Below the pieces are notes generated by a model. It did not search any database, was not told where the DNA came from, and worked only from the letters and a program-made list of their open reading frames with translations. A DNA stretch of 63,514 nucleotides, counting the filler, from Octopus bimaculoides (Eukaryota), in NCBI RefSeq assembly GCF_001194135.2. It is 6 parts of 6 records of this genome, joined end to end, with 100 filler letters (N's around TTAATTAATTAA, not from the genome) between each part and the next. Parts side by side here need not be neighbours in the genome. Positions count along the whole stretch, not along the records: positions 35,692 to 48,969 come from NC_068988.1; positions 49,070 to 61,614 come from NC_069000.1; 4 more parts are not named here. One strand, given 5' to 3'. Positions 38,339 through 51,504 of this stretch are shown here, in pieces. Position numbers and translations under genes: made by a program. Each line of letters opens with the position of its first letter. Position 1 is the stretch's first letter.

Positions 38339-40355
38339 CAGAGTGCGTAAGGTATTTGAGGACATACTTTTTGGGGTCATTGCTGCATCTTTTGCTAACT
38401 CTGTATAATCTTTGTTTCAGAAACTAATATTAGCAGACCCTCAGCTTACTCAAGAAATGAAGAGGCATATTGTTATTGTGGTTACAAATGCTGAGCATAG
38501 TGATTTACAAATATCTCGACTTTTAAAAATTGCCAGATCTTTCGTCTACAAAGTTTGTAAGATGGAAACGTATCACTAGTATCAAAGCATAAAACGCATT
38601 CTAAATGCTCTGAAATCATTAGAACACCTGAATTTATCAAGCAAGTTCAACAGAATCCCAGAATGTCCATGAGGTCAATTGCAGATGATCTCTATGTGTC
38701 AGAAGGAAGTCAAAAATGTTGTTCACGAAGACATCAGATATAAGCCTTATATGATGAGGAAAGGTCAATTTGTCAGAAAAAGCAAAAGAAAATCACTACA
38801 TTAAATCTAAAAGGTTCTTAAACAAACTGAACAATCCAGCATATTTGATTGGGTTTTTCTCAAACGAGAAAAACTTCGACCAAGATCAAAAAGTTAACAG
38901 AAAAATGACAGATGGTTATGTGCAGACCTTTCTGAAGTTCCAAGTGTTATGCATGCAAAATTTTCCACAACTGTCATAGGGGTTGTCAGCAATGAAGGAC
39001 ATATGATGTCTCCTTACTTCTTTCCACAAGGCCTTAGAGTTAATGCTGCCGCCTACATTGAGGTCCTGAAAACACTTGTTAAGTTCTGGATAGGCAGTGT
39101 ACGCAATGGAAAGCCATATGTGTTTCAGTGAGACTCTGCACTATCACACATGGCTCTAGTAACACAGGAATGAATGGCTGAAAATTTTCACGATCCCATA
39201 ACCCCTAAGATTTGGCCTCCTAATTACCCAGATCTCAATCAAATGGAATATTACATGTAGAGCGTTGTTGAGAGAGAGGTCAATGAACACGCCCATAACA
39301 CCAAAGATTCTTTGAAAGTTGTCATAGTCAGTGTAATGTCCAAAATGAACCAGGACCACTTGATTCGAGCATGTAGATGATTTAGATCTCATATAGAAGC
39401 AGTTGTTGAAGCTGAAGGTGGCTTTATTAAATAACATTATAGAAAAGAAGGTTTATTTTTATCCGCATAGCAATTTTGATAAATTAAGTTATTATCTGTT
39501 ATTACCTCCGCCAAGGAAGGAGGTTATGTTTTCATCGGTGTTGGTTTGTCCGTCTGTCCGTCTGTGTGCAAAATAACTCAAAATGTTGTGAACGCTATTT
39601 GATGAAACTTGCAGGAAAAGTTTATAATGACAAAAGGAACAGATGGTGAAATTTTGGTAGTGATCCTGGAATTTTAATGGATTCTTGCAGGAGTTTTCAT
39701 TTATTATATTTACTTTACATGAAGTATTACAATGTTACGTTCTTTGATTATCTCTCCTGAAAACACGTTCATCGTTTCCACGTAACCTATGGTGGAGTTG
39801 CTGTTTAGAGACAGTGTTGATGATGACGATGGTCGAGATAAGTATGGGAGGAGGATAAAACAGTATCGGTGGTTATAATGGCGACAGGAGCGGTGTGATG
39901 TGTGATGCTGAGGTGATGGTGGTAATAGTGGTGTTGATGATAGTGTTAGTTGTGTGATGGTGGTATTGTAGTGGTTATACTGGTTGTGGTGGTGAAAGTG
40001 ACTGTCAAGGTAACCGTCATGATAACATTGATGGCGGTGTATGTGGTTGAAGTGGAAGCAATGACAATGCTACTGATGATGTTGGTGGCTGTGAACTGCT
40101 TCAGATGATTCCTGTTTTTAAAGGGTTTTTTTTCCCTTAAAATCATATGGCTGTGTTATTTTTTTTTTACCCCCGACAAGGAGGTTATGTTTTTGCTGGC
40201 GTTGGTTTGGGAAATCGGGCGATTTTGAGCATGCGTGTATATGGGTGGAAATGAGTTGCTTGGCGTGGTCTACGCTCTTCGAGTGGTTTTCTAGTTACAT
40301 ATCTGTTTTTTTTTTTATAAACATAAATCTGTCCTGAAATATCTTACGTACCCTG
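38339..40355 (+). mobile_element. maT-like (DD37D) transposon with TIRs, decayed transposase and a nested insertion
   Basis: TIRs at 38339-38364 and 40330-40355 match at 22/26 and are flanked by TA. Transposase remnant about 38456-39432: GVVSNEGHMMSPYFFPQGLRVNAAAYIEVL...WPPNYPDLN...AVVEAEGGFI; the second-to-third catalytic residue spacing is consistent with DD37D, although the last Asp is mutated. Confidence 0.9.
39499..40296 (+). mobile_element. non-autonomous Helentron-like (HINE/DINE-type) element nested in the maT transposon
   Basis: Starts ttattacctccgccaaggaaggaggttatgttttc, has a subterminal ggcgtggtc partially complementary to acctccgcc, and ends ttctagtt. Inserted at a TT, with a microsatellite-like interior. 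Confidence 0.7.
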
Positions 40356-40397
40356 TACATACATACATACATACATACATACATACATACATACATA

Positions 40398-43300
40398 AGT
40401 GGACATGGTGGAGACGTGACCCTACCCCTCCCCCACTTTAAAAAAAATTTACGGAAACACACATTTTCGGCTATGGTGATTCCGATTCTGAAAGAAATTG
40501 GCAAAAATCGCAACTTCAAAATTTCAATTTTTGGTTGTTGGAATGTGCGCACACTTCTGGATGATAATTTCAACAAGAGGGTAGAAAGGCGTACTGCACT
40601 TATTGCACGTGGGCTTAAAAAATATTCCCTTTGTATAATTGCACTCTGAAACTCGTATCTCTGGTGAGGGTCAAATAAATGAACCTACTTATGTATATAC
40701 TACCTTCGGGTAAGGCCTACCCGAGGACCAGCATAGAGAATCTGGTGTTGGGTTTGCTCTCAAGAATTCATTGCTATCCTCCATTGCAGAATCTCCAAGT
40801 GGTATTTCTGAACGTATAAAAGGTAGGTTTCTTACCGTTGTATTTATGCACCAACAATGTCTCATTCTGATGAAATTGGGGGACAGTTTTATGACGATCT
40901 AGCACAATTATTGAGGAAAGTACCAATTTATGACAAGCTGATCATATTGGGAAATTTCAATGCAAGAGATGGAAATGACTACGTTTCATGAAAAATGTAA
41001 TAAAAATGGAGGAGCTCTTTTGACGTTTTGTATTGAGAATAATCTGGTTGTTATCAACACTCTGTTTAAGCAGAAAAATAAATATAAAACTACCTGGATG
41101 CACTCAAGATCTATGGACTGGCATCTCATAGATTATATTTTGATCAGAAAGCGTGATATGAAAGATGTTTCTAGTGTTCGGGCCATGAGAGAAGCAAAGA
41201 GCTGGACTGACCATCATCGAGTGCATGGAAAAATAAATTTTTCGATAATGCTTAAAAGTCAACAGTCTGGTCCTAAGGTACCGAAAATGTTAAATGTTGC
41301 AAACTTCAAATTACCAAGTAACTTGCAAACAATCTATGGGAAGATTTCAAAACAAAAGTATTTCAGGCTGCAACTTCGTCAGTGGGATTTAAATCACATA
41401 AGTCCAGTGACTGGTTTTCAGACAAATCAGCAGAAATTCATGATCTACTTTTAGAAAAACAAAGCTTAGGCAATACACTTCTTTCTCAGTCCTTGAACCC
41501 CAACTCAAACGAAGCTTACAGACAGCTGAAAGGGAAAGTGCAGATTGCTATAAGAAAAATTAAACAGGAATGGTGGAATGATAGAGCAAATGGGGCAGAA
41601 GAAACAGCTGATAGGAATGACGCCAAGGGTTTGTACTCTTATGTTAAGGAGGTATATGACCCCAAATCTTCTTCAATTGCTCCAGTGAGAACAGCAAATG
41701 GACATTTGCTTCTGACTGACATCGCTTCTATTCATAAGGGCTTCACTTTTGAATAGATCATCATCCACTGACATGAGGATGACAGAAAAAAGTCGAACAC
41801 CTTTCAGTTATAGAGGAGATAGCATTTCAACCAACCCTAGTCGTGGATAAGTTGAATAACAATAAGTCTCCAGGGTCTGATGGAATCCGTGCAGAGGTCT
41901 TAAAATATGGGATGACAAAATGTTTGAACTCTTGCATATATTAATTTGTCATTGTTGACGAACTGAGAAAGAGCCTCAAGACTGGATTGATGCCATTTTA
42001 GTCTCCTTGTATAAATCGAGGCCAAAGGATCTGTGCAACAATTTTCATGGGATTTCGCTTTTGTCTATGGTTGGAAAGATACTTGCCCGCATTGTTAGAC
42101 CGTTTAAATACCTTCATTGTTCCAAATATGGTGTCTGAGTCTCAATGTGTTTTCGCTCCTCCAGAGGCACGGTTGATTGTATCTTTACTATCAAACAATT
42201 TCAGGGAAAGTGCATTGAACAGAATCTTGCCCTATACCATTACTTTGTTGATATGAGCAAAGCATTCGATACTGTTAACCGAAATGCTCTGTGGCTAATT
42301 CTAAGCAAAACAAGTTGCCCAGAAAAATTTGTAAACATGATCAGGGCATTGCATCAAGATATGAAAGCTAGAGTTAATTTTGGTGGTAGGCTCACTGAAT
42401 CTTTTGCTGTGAAAAATGGAGTAAAGCAAGGAGACCTTGATGCACTCACCCTCTTTGCAATATACTTTGCTGTTGTGCTGTAACACGCTTTTCAAAACTC
42501 CGAGGAGGGTATTTACATAAAATATCGAACAGGGAATGTTTTTAATCTGACCAGACTGAAATTCAAAAACGAAGGTTTTTACTTCACTCATTGGGGAACT
42601 CTTAGATGCACGACTGCAATCTTGTCAGTCATTCTGAAACAGATCTGCAATCTCTTCTATTTGTATTTGACTCAGCTTGTGATGATTTTAACTTGACCAT
42701 CAACTTGAAAAAAAAAAACAGTTGTAATGTATCAACCTGCATGTAGTGCTGTTTTCAACCCACCCAAAATTTTTGTTAAGGATAAGTTACTTGAGGTTGT
42801 TGATTCTTTCATCTACATTGGAAGCTCTGTACAAAATGATGGAAATCTGGACACTGAAATGCATCTGCGAATTCAAAGGGAAGCACAAGCATTTGGTGGT
42901 TTGAAGTCACACGTTTGCAACCAACGACATATAAATAACAATACAAAATTGGCTCTTTACAAATCGTTTGTCTTACCATCCCTTTTGTATTCTTCTGAAA
43001 CATGGACATGTCATGAAAGACGTTTCAAATTAGAACAATTCCACCAAAAATGTCTTCATCGCATTTTAAACATTAAATGGTATTTTTTTACTCCAAACAC
43101 AGATGTCCTTGCGTCTGCAGGCATCACTTCAATTAAAGCAATGATTCTGAAAAACCAAATGAGATGGTGTGGCCACATTGTTCAAATGGCGGATGAACGC
43201 ACACACAAACAACTATTTTATGGTGAGCTTGTAGAGAGGAAACGCTATCGGTGTAAACCTAAAAAGAGGTTTAAGGACAGCATAAGGACTACTATGAAGT

Positions 43301-43838
43301 CACTTGGAATGGATTCAGAGGACATAGAAGCCCTTGCTTGGGATCGAGCTGGATGGCGAACAAAAGTGTGGAGTGGAGTGAAAGCGTCTGAAGAGGCCAG
43401 GATAACGCATGCTAGACTCAAGAGAGATTTGAAGAAGAATGTTACGATCGAGAAGGTGAATCACAATGACCTTTTTGTGTGCACAGTTTGTGACAGACTA
43501 TACCTTTCTTTTACTGGGTTCAAATCTCATTTGCGGACCCATGAAAAACGAACCTTCACCAACTATTCTGCCTATATGTCAGTGCACACCTTTCAATGCC
43601 ATGTATGCCATAAGGTCTGCAAATCTAACGGAAGCCTGAAAAGACATTTTAAGATCCACAAAGATTAGAACTTAACTGCAACTCTTGGTGGTCCAAATCA
43701 GATATGCAATCTATGTGGCTGTCTTTTAATACATTGTCTGGTTTAAAAAGCCACATCGGACAACATGATGGATCTAAGGTGTAAGTACAGAGGTGGTCAG
43801 ACTCTGTATAGGTAGTAGACAACCACCGTATATATATA
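40398..43838 (+). mobile_element. near full-length RTE-clade LINE (APE + RT + C2H2 fingers), disabled
   Basis: GCWNVRTLLD..ERRTALIAR (APE); TWMHSRSMDWHLIDYILIR; YFVDMSKAFDTVNR..GVKQG (RT); degraded YADD near 42605; C-terminal C2H2 fingers; (TA)n tail. Confidence 0.95.
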
Positions 43839-45199
43839 AAACTTTTTAAATAATTACATGCCATTGTCACCCATTCAGCTTTATGTAATTAATATTATAG
43901 TTTATTTTATTTCTATTTAATTCATTTATCGATTTAATATCTTCCCACGGTACCTTATTTCCCTCTTAATCCTGTTTTATTTCTCTCTCTTTCCTTTTGT
44001 TTCTTTTTCTCTTCGGTTTTCCCTCATTTTTCTTTTTCTTTCTTCCAACAGCACACCTCCCTCCATCCTTTGACAGGAAAAAGTATCTAGTCATAACTTG
44101 TCTCATAACTCCGTGAGCACAGAGGCAAAAGTCCCGGGCAGCAAAGCTAATGCGATCAAGATATTATTAATCTTTACTTTGGAATTAAGTACGCTTTCTT
44201 CTGTCAGTCAGTACTTCACACACACGCGTTGCACGCGCGCACACACACAAATAGAGTGAGCGAGAGAGAGGACAGAGAGAGGACAGAGAGAGACGGAGAG
44301 AATGCATGTATGTATGTATGTGCGTGAGAGAACGAGAGGGAGAATATCAATTCTCAGTAGTCATGCATACAGTTTATTTGCCAAAATCTACCTGAATCCA
44401 GAGAATATGCAGAAAGCCACTGCAAGAGCCACCGTTGAGATGCAAAAACCAAAATGGTAGATTATGTTAATGATAAGATCGCTGATATTTCTGTGGTGTT
44501 CTTCCTGCAAGAGACACGAAATTAATTTTAAAAATATTATTACGATTCATTATAGAAGTTAACAGACGCAACAATGAAAATCCTATTGTATAAGTTAAAA
44601 ATTATATCTTATTTCTGATAAAATTGGATAAAGTTGAAGGAAAAGTCAATATATGAAAACAAAAATAAAAACAACAGTTATAATATCACATATTGATATT
44701 ATGATATGACAGTAATCTAAGTATTATGTATTAATTTTTTTTATTCATCACAATGCTCAATACTGCCATGCACGCACATATTTTTCTTAAACAAGAATAT
44801 TATTGATAGTAACTTGGAAATTTTGGCCAGTCAGTTAAGTCAATCATATATGAGCATTACTATAAAAAAATACTCCACTTAATATCAATTAGAAAATACT
44901 CTCACATGTACAACCATACCAAGGTAACAAGAAACCCTGCCAACTTTATACTATTGAATCCTATGACATTCTCACATTTATGGATCAAATTCTGAACCGA
45001 AACTGTGAACAGGTCCCTTCCTGCAAGCACAACATCTTAAAAACACTAAAACCTTTCAAACCAATAACTTTTTCTAACTGCTAAACATGTAAATATCTCG
45101 CCGCCACCCTCCCTCCACCTACACATAAACTATCCTCATAATATATATTAAAAACACTTTCACAAGTACTGTAGAAATTATCTAAAAGTTTACCTGTCT

Positions 45200-46250
45200 C
45201 CAACCAAAATCCTCACAAAAGATTTTCTAATATAAGTACACAAACGTACATATACACACATAAAAATATATATTTGTATACAAGCAACTTAAAAGATCCC
45301 TTTTTAAAATATTATTTTTCTTTCCATTTCTTTTTCCTTTTTCCTTTTTTAAATTTTGAGTTTTAAATATTAAATTTCTAAATGATTTTTTAAAAATTAA
45401 ATTCTATTTTTATTCTCATTTTTATACATGAATATATACATACCTTTTATAATGTCCCACTTTCACATATATCCAGGGGCCTAAAATAACACATTATAAA
45501 ATACCCAAGTTTGAAACAAAATTGAATAAATATTTATAATCACATAACCCACAAACTCTACTTCCGTATAACACAAAGGCTAAAATTTCTACATAGTAAA
45601 CAAATTGTTTACAGAACAATGAACAATGAACATCTAGAGAAAAACATTCAGACCAACAACATTTACTCCTACCCACATCCTCTGGTGAACATCAAAACAA
45701 GATAAACAAATTTCTATACTAACAACACCATGACACGCCCGACTAATAGCCCCCACCTTCCAAATAAGAACAGGAAATACCCTAAATAACAACAGCAACA
45801 AGTAAAGAACATCGATCTGCTAAAACATACCATCTAATTACATTCTTCTGTGAACCCCTAAAAAATTCCCTTACAAACATGTTGACATTCCCAAATGCTA
45901 AATTTTTAGATACTGGACTAAACTTGGAACTTTTGTTCTTTATATTGTCAAAGGAGAGGCTTAAATCCAATAAAATCAAAGATAAATATAAAATTATTGG
46001 CACATCTTATACCTACCTACCTACCTACCTACCTACCTACCAAAATGGAAACACCTAAATATCCACACATGCTTGCAAAGTTTTACATGCATGAATAAAT
46101 TCTAAACAATAACATAACCTCAAATTTAATCAATAAAAATGTCTTCAATAACATCCCTACTTAACAACCCACCCTAAAACCTAATTACCACTCCTCTCAA
46201 ACTCACATAGTCAGTTCAACAGAGACTATATAAATCCAATGACGATGGCT
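45200..46250 (-). mobile_element. decayed L1/Tx1-like LINE 3' fragment
   Basis: KNLAFGNVNMFVREFFRG..VIRW followed by a Cys-rich segment (KCCWSEC..DVHC) suggestive of zf-RVT; strong CA strand skew. Confidence 0.35.
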
Positions 46251-46399
46251 TAACTGGCCGAAACTTCGAAGTCACTGTCAATAATATTCTTGTTTAAGAA
46301 TAATTAATTTGCACTCTACAAAAGTATAGAGTAACCCATCAGATTAAAGTAAAATTAAGTTGTTTTTATTAGAACTGAACATGAAACCAAACATCAGTA

Positions 46400-46466
<67 letters not shown>

Positions 46467-46499
46467 TATATATATAATTATTACAATATATATATAATA

Positions 46500-46882
46500 C
46501 GTGGCACTCCGTCGGTTACGACGACGAGGTTTCCAGTTGATCCGATCAACGGAACAGCCTGCTCGTATAATTAACGAGCGAGTGGCTGAGCACTCCACAG
46601 ATACATGTACCCTTGACGTAGTTTTCGAGAAGATTCAGCGTGACACAGTGTGACAAGGCTGGCCCTTTGAAATACAGGTACAACAGAAACAAGAAGAAAG
46701 ATTGAGAGAAAGTTATGATGAAAGAGTGCAGCAGGGTTCTCCACCACCCCTACCGGAGCCTTGTGGAGCTTTAGGTGTTTTCGCTCAATAAACACTCACA
46801 ACGCTCGGTCTGGGAATCGAAACCGCCATCCTATGACCGCGAGTCCGTTACTCTAACCACTGGGTCATTGCGCCTCCACTAT
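46500..46882 (-). mobile_element. tRNA-derived SINE family C, near full length
   Basis: Minus strand begins gaggcgcaatgacccagtggttagag...ggtttcgattccc (A and B boxes) and ends gtcgtaaccgacggagtgcca. Decayed 3' fragment at 58390-58540. Confidence 0.85.
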
Positions 46883-47127
46883 ATATAATACGTAACAATA
46901 ATATCATACATTGATGTTATGATATCTCTAAAGTATTATATGGTAATTTCTTTATTGGTTATAATACACAATTCGTTTGAATCCAGTTTAAACAACAAAT
47001 GTAAAGGCATTATATAAAATAACATTCTTGCATCGTTCTGTTATGGAAACATATCATGAAACAATAGGTCAAGTATGAAAGTGTACTCAGAAACTTGCAT
47101 ACAGATTATTATAATTCTTTTCTTCTC

Positions 47128-47549
47128 TAGGCACAAGGCCCGAAATTTTGGGGGGAGAAGGGCCAGTCGATTAAATCGATCCTAGTGTGCAACTGGTACT
47201 TAATTTATCGACCCCGAAAGTATAAAAAGCAAAGTCGACTTCGGCGGAATTTGAACTCAGAACGTAAAGACAGACGAAATACTGTTAAGCATTTCGCCCG
47301 GCGTGCTAACGTTTCTTATTTCTTTATTGCCCACAGAGGGTTAAACATAGAAGGGACGAACAAGGACAGACAAACGGATTAAGTCGATTATATCGACCCC
47401 AGTGCATCACTGGTACTTAATATATCGACCCCGAAAGGATGAAAGGCAAAATCGACCTCGGCGGAATTTGAACTCAGAACGTAGCGGCAGACGAAATACC
47501 GCTAAACATTTCGCCCGGCGTGCCAACGTTTCTGCCAGTTCGCCGCCCT
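47128..47549 (-). mobile_element. two tandem SINE family A copies
   Basis: ctggtacttaat.tatcgaccccgaaag...ggcggaatttgaactcagaacgta...gcccggcgtgc occurs twice, with CpGs intact. Confidence 0.9.
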
Positions 47550-47899
47550 TTACAGATTGGTATTATTGTAGCAGAATTGGTGGAACATTGGATAAATACT
47601 TTGTAGTATTTAGTTATGGCTCTCACATCCTGAGTTCAAATTCCACCGGAGGAAAGTTTACTTCCATCTTTGCGTCAATAATATAACGCAGTAGGATCAG
47701 TTTAATATGTGACCACTCCACCATACCAAAATCTGATTATTTCATCGCCCCTGGTTAAAACAAATGGGTATAAAATTATTGTAGTACCAGCATCGCTGCA
47801 GCCTGACATGATGATCACCTTTAATGACCCCAGATTACATCATTCACGGCGTGTCCCTGCAAGATATATTGTCCAAGAATAATGGACACATATGCCTCC

Positions 47900-47933
<34 letters not shown>

Positions 47934-48769
47934 NNNNNNNNNNNNNNNNNNNNNNNNNNNNNNNNNNNNNNNNNNNNNNNNNNNNNNNNNNNNNNNNNNN
48001 NNNNNNNNNNNNNNNNNNNNNNNNNNNNNNNNNNNNNNNNNNNNNNNNNNNNNNNNNNNNNNNNNNNNNNATTTTCTTTCGAAAAACATAGCATAGAAGT
48101 GCTCAAGTCGAACCCGAGGTGCTAGACAAATATAATAGATATAAGAGAAAATGTTCAAATCAGGCAGACTACGATTATCACATGCATATACGGGTTTAAG
48201 TACGATAAAATAAGAATTCTTCAATCTGAAACATATATTGATATATTAGAAATATAAAAATATATGAATACTAAAAATATACATGGGCATACAAATATAT
48301 AGATATCTAAAAATAATAACAGAATATAGATAAAGATAATGAAATGTAGAAATAAAGACGTTTTTAAAAATTCAAAATATAATATAGAGAAAGTAATAGG
48401 CATTAAAAGGAATTTTGGGTAAGATGTAATAGGAAAATAAGGTGTTCCAACGATCGTGTCAAGAGTGCATTCGTGCAGATTACATATCAAACTTAAGATT
48501 CATTTCCATAGAATGCCCCATCATCAGGGAAAAATAGTGTTTCCGCTAGATATGGATTTAGTCCCTTACCAGGTATAAGATAATTTGACGCTTAATAGAA
48601 GAGCGGATAAAGCTATGTAAAATTTGGAAGTTTTTATGAGGGTTGATGGGAGAAAAATTAAATTGTTTTCATCTTTTTTTTTTCATTTTATCTAGTTTCA
48701 GCTCATGAGCTGTGGCCATCCTGGGGCACCACCAGTTGGTGTTACTACACAATTTCACTTCACGAATTT

Positions 48770-48969
48770 TACTTCAGGAATTGACATTTGGTGCATGAGA
48801 GAGTTTGATGCAGCTGCTCTCATCTGCATCTCCTGGTGTGAAGTTGGTTCATCTGGGACACCTGACAGGAAGAGGTCCAGCCTCATCTTGAAGACACCTA
48901 CATCTACCGCATGCAGGTCTCTCAGGTCCCTCGGGAGGATAATGAAGAGCCGTGGACCTTTGAAGCCCA
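48770..48969 (-). mobile_element. CR1-like LINE 3' end
   Basis: LGFKGPRLFIILPRDLRDLHAVDVGVFKMRLDLFLSGVPDEP. Confidence 0.75.
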
Positions 48970-49345
48970 NNNNNNNNNNNNNNNNNNNNNNNNNNNNNNN
49001 NNNNNNNNNNNNNTTAATTAATTAANNNNNNNNNNNNNNNNNNNNNNNNNNNNNNNNNNNNNNNNNNNNTGACATTTGCCCAAGGTGCCACGCAGTGGAA
49101 CTGAACCCGAAATCATGGGGTTGGGATGCAAGCTTCTTACCACATATCCACATTTGGTTCATGCTTCAGCACTATCCCATTTGAGACGAAGCTCGATTTA
49201 TCCCATACTCTTCAGTCACTGAAAGGAGTAGCGTGAATCAGGACTCGGTTCCTTCTTCTAAAAATAACAATATCGATTAATTGTCCAGCAATGCCTCTGC
49301 CATGTATTGGTTTCGATTATTTCTCCTAGGTAGTCAACCATACAC

Positions 49346-49406
<61 letters not shown>

Positions 49407-49745
49407 ACACATATGCGACATGCACGCGCGTGTAAACATATGAATATTTTGGCACGGATATATATTCTCATAGATAGAACAACCACACATGCGTATGCAC
49501 TGAGTTGTGGAAAAAAAGCATAGACAGGTTACTGTATAGAGTTGATCGGACACAGTTCCACACTCAGGATGCACAAATTAACACCTTTATACAGACGTGA
49601 TGCAAATAAACATCTCGCTATAGAGACAATGAAATTGCACGAGTGCAAAATAGACACACACACACACATTACATGTATACGCACACACACACAATGATTA
49701 ACTAAAACATTTGTTAAATTGTCCCTCATTTTGTTATACACAAAC

Positions 49746-49792
<47 letters not shown>

Positions 49793-49825
49793 CATATATG
49801 TATATGTATGTATACGCGTGATTAT

Positions 49826-49861
<36 letters not shown>

Positions 49862-50216
49862 AATACATTATATGTATATATTATATAATAATACAGTATA
49901 TAAGATATATTATATTTAGTATTTATATTTAATACGTATGTCTCACGTATATCGAAAATAAATTACACACGCGCGCGCACACACACATATCTATAGAAAT
50001 ATGTCTGTCTGTCTGTCTCTCTAAATATATGAAAATATGCGTAAGAGTATGTTGATGCTTGTGTTGTTATTATCGTCGTCATTACGTATATAACATTACT
50101 TTTATTCCACCTCATCTTCAGTGCATGTTTGTCATTTTTCTTTCTTTTTCATTCATTCTAATTTTCTATTAGTCCCGCGCTATTGTACCAACACTAGAAG
50201 TAGTAGTAGTAGTCGT

Positions 50217-50247
<31 letters not shown>

Positions 50248-51239
50248 TTAGCACCAGCATCACCATTCAGGCAGCATCACTATTATTTGATTACGTTTTG
50301 AGTGGAGTGGAGGTGGAGTAGGTGTTCTGTGATTGTTTTCGCTGCTCTTGGCGTCGTTGTTGATGCTGAAGCTTTTGATCCCGAGACTGNNNNNNNNNNN
50401 NNNNNNNNNNNNNATAATGCTGTTTGTTGCTTACTTCATGTTTACTAAGAAGTTTGATTGCAAATAACACACACACAACCACACGCGTTGGTGCATCTAT
50501 CTATCTATCTATCTATCTATCTAAATATTTATTCTAATACAACAATGTTCTTGATAGTGACTTCGAAGTTTCGGCCAGCTAAGTCATCGTCGGACTAGAT
50601 ATCTGGGTGTAGGCTATGATTTTATATAAATAACAGCACACACGCAGGCACACATACGCGTACTTACATAAACACACTACTTGGCTCCTGGGGTACCTTT
50701 AGCGGAATCCACTATGTGACAAGCATTTGGACCAGATTTCCAGGATGTCTTTCCTTCTCAATCCCTCCTCCTCCTCCACATCAGTCTCAGAAACATTTTA
50801 AAGGACCATAAGGGTATTGCTTTACCTCCTGGCTAAAAACACAAAAATACGTACATCCATCCAAAAAGTATATAAATAATATATATTTAAATAATATATA
50901 TTTATATATTTTTTAAAGTATATATATATATATTTATACGTACATAAATTATTATATATATATAAAGTATATAGCACATTCTTTCTCTCTACAAGCATTA
51001 GTTTAGTGAGTTCGAGTCCACAGCTAACCACCTACACTTTTTTCTGCAAAATAGGGGCAGTTTATCCTGTTCAAGCTATATTATTAGCATTATCCTGCGA
51101 TTGAGAATTTAAAAATCACTTCTTTAACTTTAATTATATTATTTTTAAAAAGATATTTAGGCAGTGTCTCAAGCCTCAGGCTTTTATTAATCAGAGTGGA
51201 AATTATTGGGGTTACACCGTATCAATAGCAACTCATGAA

Positions 51240-51504
51240 AACACTATCGTTATATTCAACAAGACTATCAAAATGGATATCATGTGGATCTGTTTCTTTG
51301 TTCTCTTCGTTTTCTGCTGCTTGTTTCTGCTTCTGTTTTTCTATTACGACCTAAAAGAGTTCTGTGTTAAACCGAAAGAAAGGTCGCTTAGTTTCGCTTC
51401 CGGTTCCTACCTGTGCGACTGGACCTCGTCAGCCGGTGTAAGGGGAATGGTATCAAGTGCAGCATCGACACCGACACACAAGGACCCTCATCACCACCAT
51501 CACC
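51240..51504. promoter_or_regulatory. CpG-rich promoter/5'UTR region of the Maf/ASMTL gene with ETS-like motif
   Basis: Non-repetitive, CpG-retaining sequence directly upstream of the ATG; cgcttccggt (CCGGAAG on the minus strand) at about 51396-51404. Confidence 0.45.

Noticed and set aside
46790-46882. tRNA-like sequence with A and B boxes
   Set aside because: It continues into a 300-nt body shared with 58390-58540 and has no complete cloverleaf, so it is a SINE head.
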